From assembly GCA_002269645.1 (NCBI GenBank), contig NIVC01003519.1, positions 1 through 64,000 on the forward strand: a stretch of 64,000 nucleotides of DNA. The letters run 5' to 3'. Position 1 is the stretch's first letter. The number at the start of each line of letters is the position of its first letter. The position numbers were made by a program, and so were the translations under genes. The notes below the pieces were generated by a model, which was not told where the DNA came from, ran no database searches, and saw only the letters and a list, made by a program, of their open reading frames with translations. Origin of the DNA: Macrostomum lignano (Eukaryota). This document shows, one piece after another, positions 61,340 through 64,000 of the stretch.

Positions 61340-63230
61340 TGGCTCAATGATGACCTCTCTGACTCAGTGATCATCTCTCTGACTCAGTGATCATCTCTCT
61401 GACTCAGTGATTATCTCTCTGACTCAGTGATCATATATCTGACTCAGTGATCATCTCTCTGACTCAGTGATTATCTCTCTGACTCAGTGATCATAATATC
61501 TGACTCAGTGATCATCTCTCTGACTCAATTATTATCTCTCTGACTCAGTGATCATAATATCTGACTCAGTGATCATCTCTCTAACTCAGTGATTATCTCT
61601 CTGACTCAGTGATCATCTCTCTGACTCAGTGATCATAATATCTGACTCAGTGATCATCTCTCTGACCCAGTGATCATATATCTGACTCAGTGATTATCTC
61701 TCTGAATCAGTGATCATATATCTGACTCAGTGATCATATATCTGACTCAGTGATCATATATCTAACTCAGTGATTATCTCTCAGACTCAGTGATTATCTC
61801 TCTGACTCAGTGATCATATATCTGACTCAGTGATTATCTCTCTGACTCAGTGATCATCTCTCTAACTCAGTGATCATCTCTCTAACTCAGTGATTATCTC
61901 TCTAACTCAGTGATCATCTCTCTAACTCAGTGATTATCTCTCTAACTCAGTGATCATATATCTGACTCAGTGATTATCTCTCTGACTCAGTGATTATCTC
62001 TCTGACTCAGTGATCATCTCTCTAACTCAGTGATCATCTCTCTAACTCAGTGATTATCTCTCTAACTCAGTGATCATCTCTCTAACTCAGTGATTATCCC
62101 TCTAACTCAGTGATCATCTCTCTAACTCAGTGATTATCTCTCTGAATCAGTGATCATATATCTGACTCAGTGATCATATATCTGACTCAGTGATTATCTC
62201 TCTGACTCAGTGATCATCTCTCTAACTCAGTGATTATCTCTCTGAATCAGTGATCATATATCTGACTCAGTGATCATATATCTGACTCAGTGATTATCTC
62301 TCTGACTCAGTTATCATATATCTGACTCAGTGATTATCTCTCTGACTCAGTGATCATATATCTGACTCAGTGATTATCTCTCTGAATCAGTGATCATATA
62401 TCTGACTCAGTGATTATCTCTCTGACTCAGTTATCATATATCTGACTCAGTGATTATCTCTCTGACTCAGTGATCATATATCTGACTCAGTGATTATCTC
62501 TCTGACCCAGTAATCATATATCTGACTCAGTGATTATCTCTCTGACTCAGTGATCATATATCTGACTCAGTGATTATCTCTCTGACTCAGTGATTATCTC
62601 TCTGACTCAGTGATCATACATCTGATTCAGTGATCATCTCTCTGTTCATCTCTCTGACTCACTGTTCATCATCTCTCTGACTTAGTGATCACCTCTCTGA
62701 CTCACTGTTCATCATCTCTCTGACTTAGTGATCACCTCTCTGACTCACTGTTCATTATCTCTCTGACTTAGTGATCACCTCTCTGACTCACTGTTCATTA
62801 TCTCTCTGACTCACTGTTCATCATCTCTTTGACTTAGTGATCACCTCTCTGACTCACTGTTCATCATCTCTCTGACTTAGTGATCACCTCTCTGACTCAC
62901 TGTTCATAATCTCTCTGACTTAGTGATCACCTCTCTGACTCACTGTTCATTATCTCTCTGACTCACTGTTCATCATCTCTTTGACTTAGTGATCACCTCT
63001 CTGACTCACTGTTCATCATCTCTCTGACTTAGTGATCACCTCTCTGACTCACTGTTCATCATCTCTCTGACTTAGTGATCACCTCTCTGACTCACTGTTC
63101 ATCATCTCTCTGACTTAGTGATCACCTCTCTGACTCACTGTTCATCATCTCTCTGACTTAGTGATCACCTCTCTGACTCACTGTTCATCATCTCTCTGAC
63201 TTAGTGATCACCTCTCTGACTCAGTGATAC
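61340..63230. repeat. 20-bp satellite (GACTCAGTGATCATCTCTCT)n changing to a 43-bp dimeric unit
   Basis: 20-mer to about 62640, then alternating GACTCACTGTTCATCATCTCTCT + GACTTAGTGATCACCTCTCT. Confidence 0.96.
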
Positions 63231-63671
63231 TATTTTTAACTTGGCGATAATCTCTTTATGTCGAGGAAGAGGATTTCTGAGTCCGAGTCTATGCATCATA
63301 AAAATCGTTTTTGATTGTAGTTTGCAGATAGCAAACAAAATACAATTAGAATTGCGCTTTCCTGAGTATCATATCGGCTAGCTGGATCCCATCAACCGGT
63401 ATTGCATATAAGTTGATATTTATCGATTTGGAATTTTGCTGTTTACATTCTCATCTGGTAGATACTCGTGTGAAGCATTCCCTACTGCAGATGCTGAAAA
63501 CTGTTTGCACTGCAGTTGAGGCACCAATCAGGGCTCTTGGAGACAATTAGCTATTAAACATTGTATAGCCTTTATCTGCTGAAGGTGACTATTTAATACT
63601 TGTCGATTTCAAAGACCTCTTCTGCAGCCATCTTTCGGGAAACGAAAATGGCATTCTTTTGGAACTCTGAA

Positions 63672-64000
63672 ATGAAATTGCACCTTATCCTAATTTGGTT
63701 ACTTCTCTCCGGGGCCTGCAGTCGTCAGCTCAATTATTATTTAATAGGCTGCTATGTTGACGACAATGGAGGCGTCAGAGATCTGTCCGGTTTTGTTGGG
63801 ATCAACAGCTGGAGCAGCTACGAGGTAGTGGCCGAACATGCTCAGGTGTACAGCGTGTCGATGACTCGACGATACTGCCGTCAGGTGTGCGGTCTTGGCG
63901 GATTCGCCTACATGGGACTGCAGAACGCGTACTCCTGCTACTGCGGCAACAAGTACGGCTCGCAGGGAGCTGTCGCATTAGCAGATTGCGGCAAACCGTG
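63672..64000 (+). CDS. Secreted WSC-domain protein, N-terminal part (runs off the window)
   Basis: Open from ATG 63672. Signal peptide MKLHLILIWLLLSGACS, then IGCYVD...RDL...MTRRYCRQVC..GFAYMGLQNAYSCYCGNKYG...DCGKPC, which is the WSC cysteine pattern. Confidence 0.88.
   Translation, partial: MKLHLILIWLLLSGACSRQLNYYLIGCYVDDNGGVRDLSGFVGINSWSSYEVVAEHAQVYSVSMTRRYCRQVCGLGGFAYMGLQNAYSCYCGNKYGSQGAVALADCGKP

Overview
Eukaryotic (metazoan, invertebrate-like) genomic DNA with GT-AG spliced genes and very dense intronic minisatellites. A free-living flatworm such as Macrostomum is a plausible source, but that is an unverified inference. Gene content, left to right: the 3' part of a COQ6-like monooxygenase; a head-to-head pair of intronless, disrupted 7TM/GPCR-like paralogs; a decayed, 3'-truncated APE-RT non-LTR retrotransposon; two tandem PLP-dependent serine dehydratase/racemase-family paralogs; a 13-exon DUF4062-NACHT-WD40 (NWD1/2-like) gene on the minus strand; a 10-exon AASS (LKR/SDH) gene with one frameshift; two tandem GPI-anchored 2x8-Cys Ly6-like genes; and the start of a secreted WSC-domain protein. 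Mobile elements include two tRNA-headed SINE families, MITEs with 8-bp and TA target-site duplications (TSDs), a 1.1-kb foldback element with a 9-bp TSD, and a Crypton-like fragment. The most notable signals are three. (1) The dehydratase/racemase paralogs differ at the known racemase switch residue (SAGNH vs SSGNH), the codon immediately outside a near-identical exon tract. (2) An AG|GTAAG site at the start of a symmetric exon in Ly6-like gene B could give a clean one-domain isoform. (3) A CAG lies 1-6 nt upstream of the ATG in all six multi-exon genes whose start is visible, suggestive of SL trans-splicing. All exon coordinates were read by hand and are not transcript-validated.
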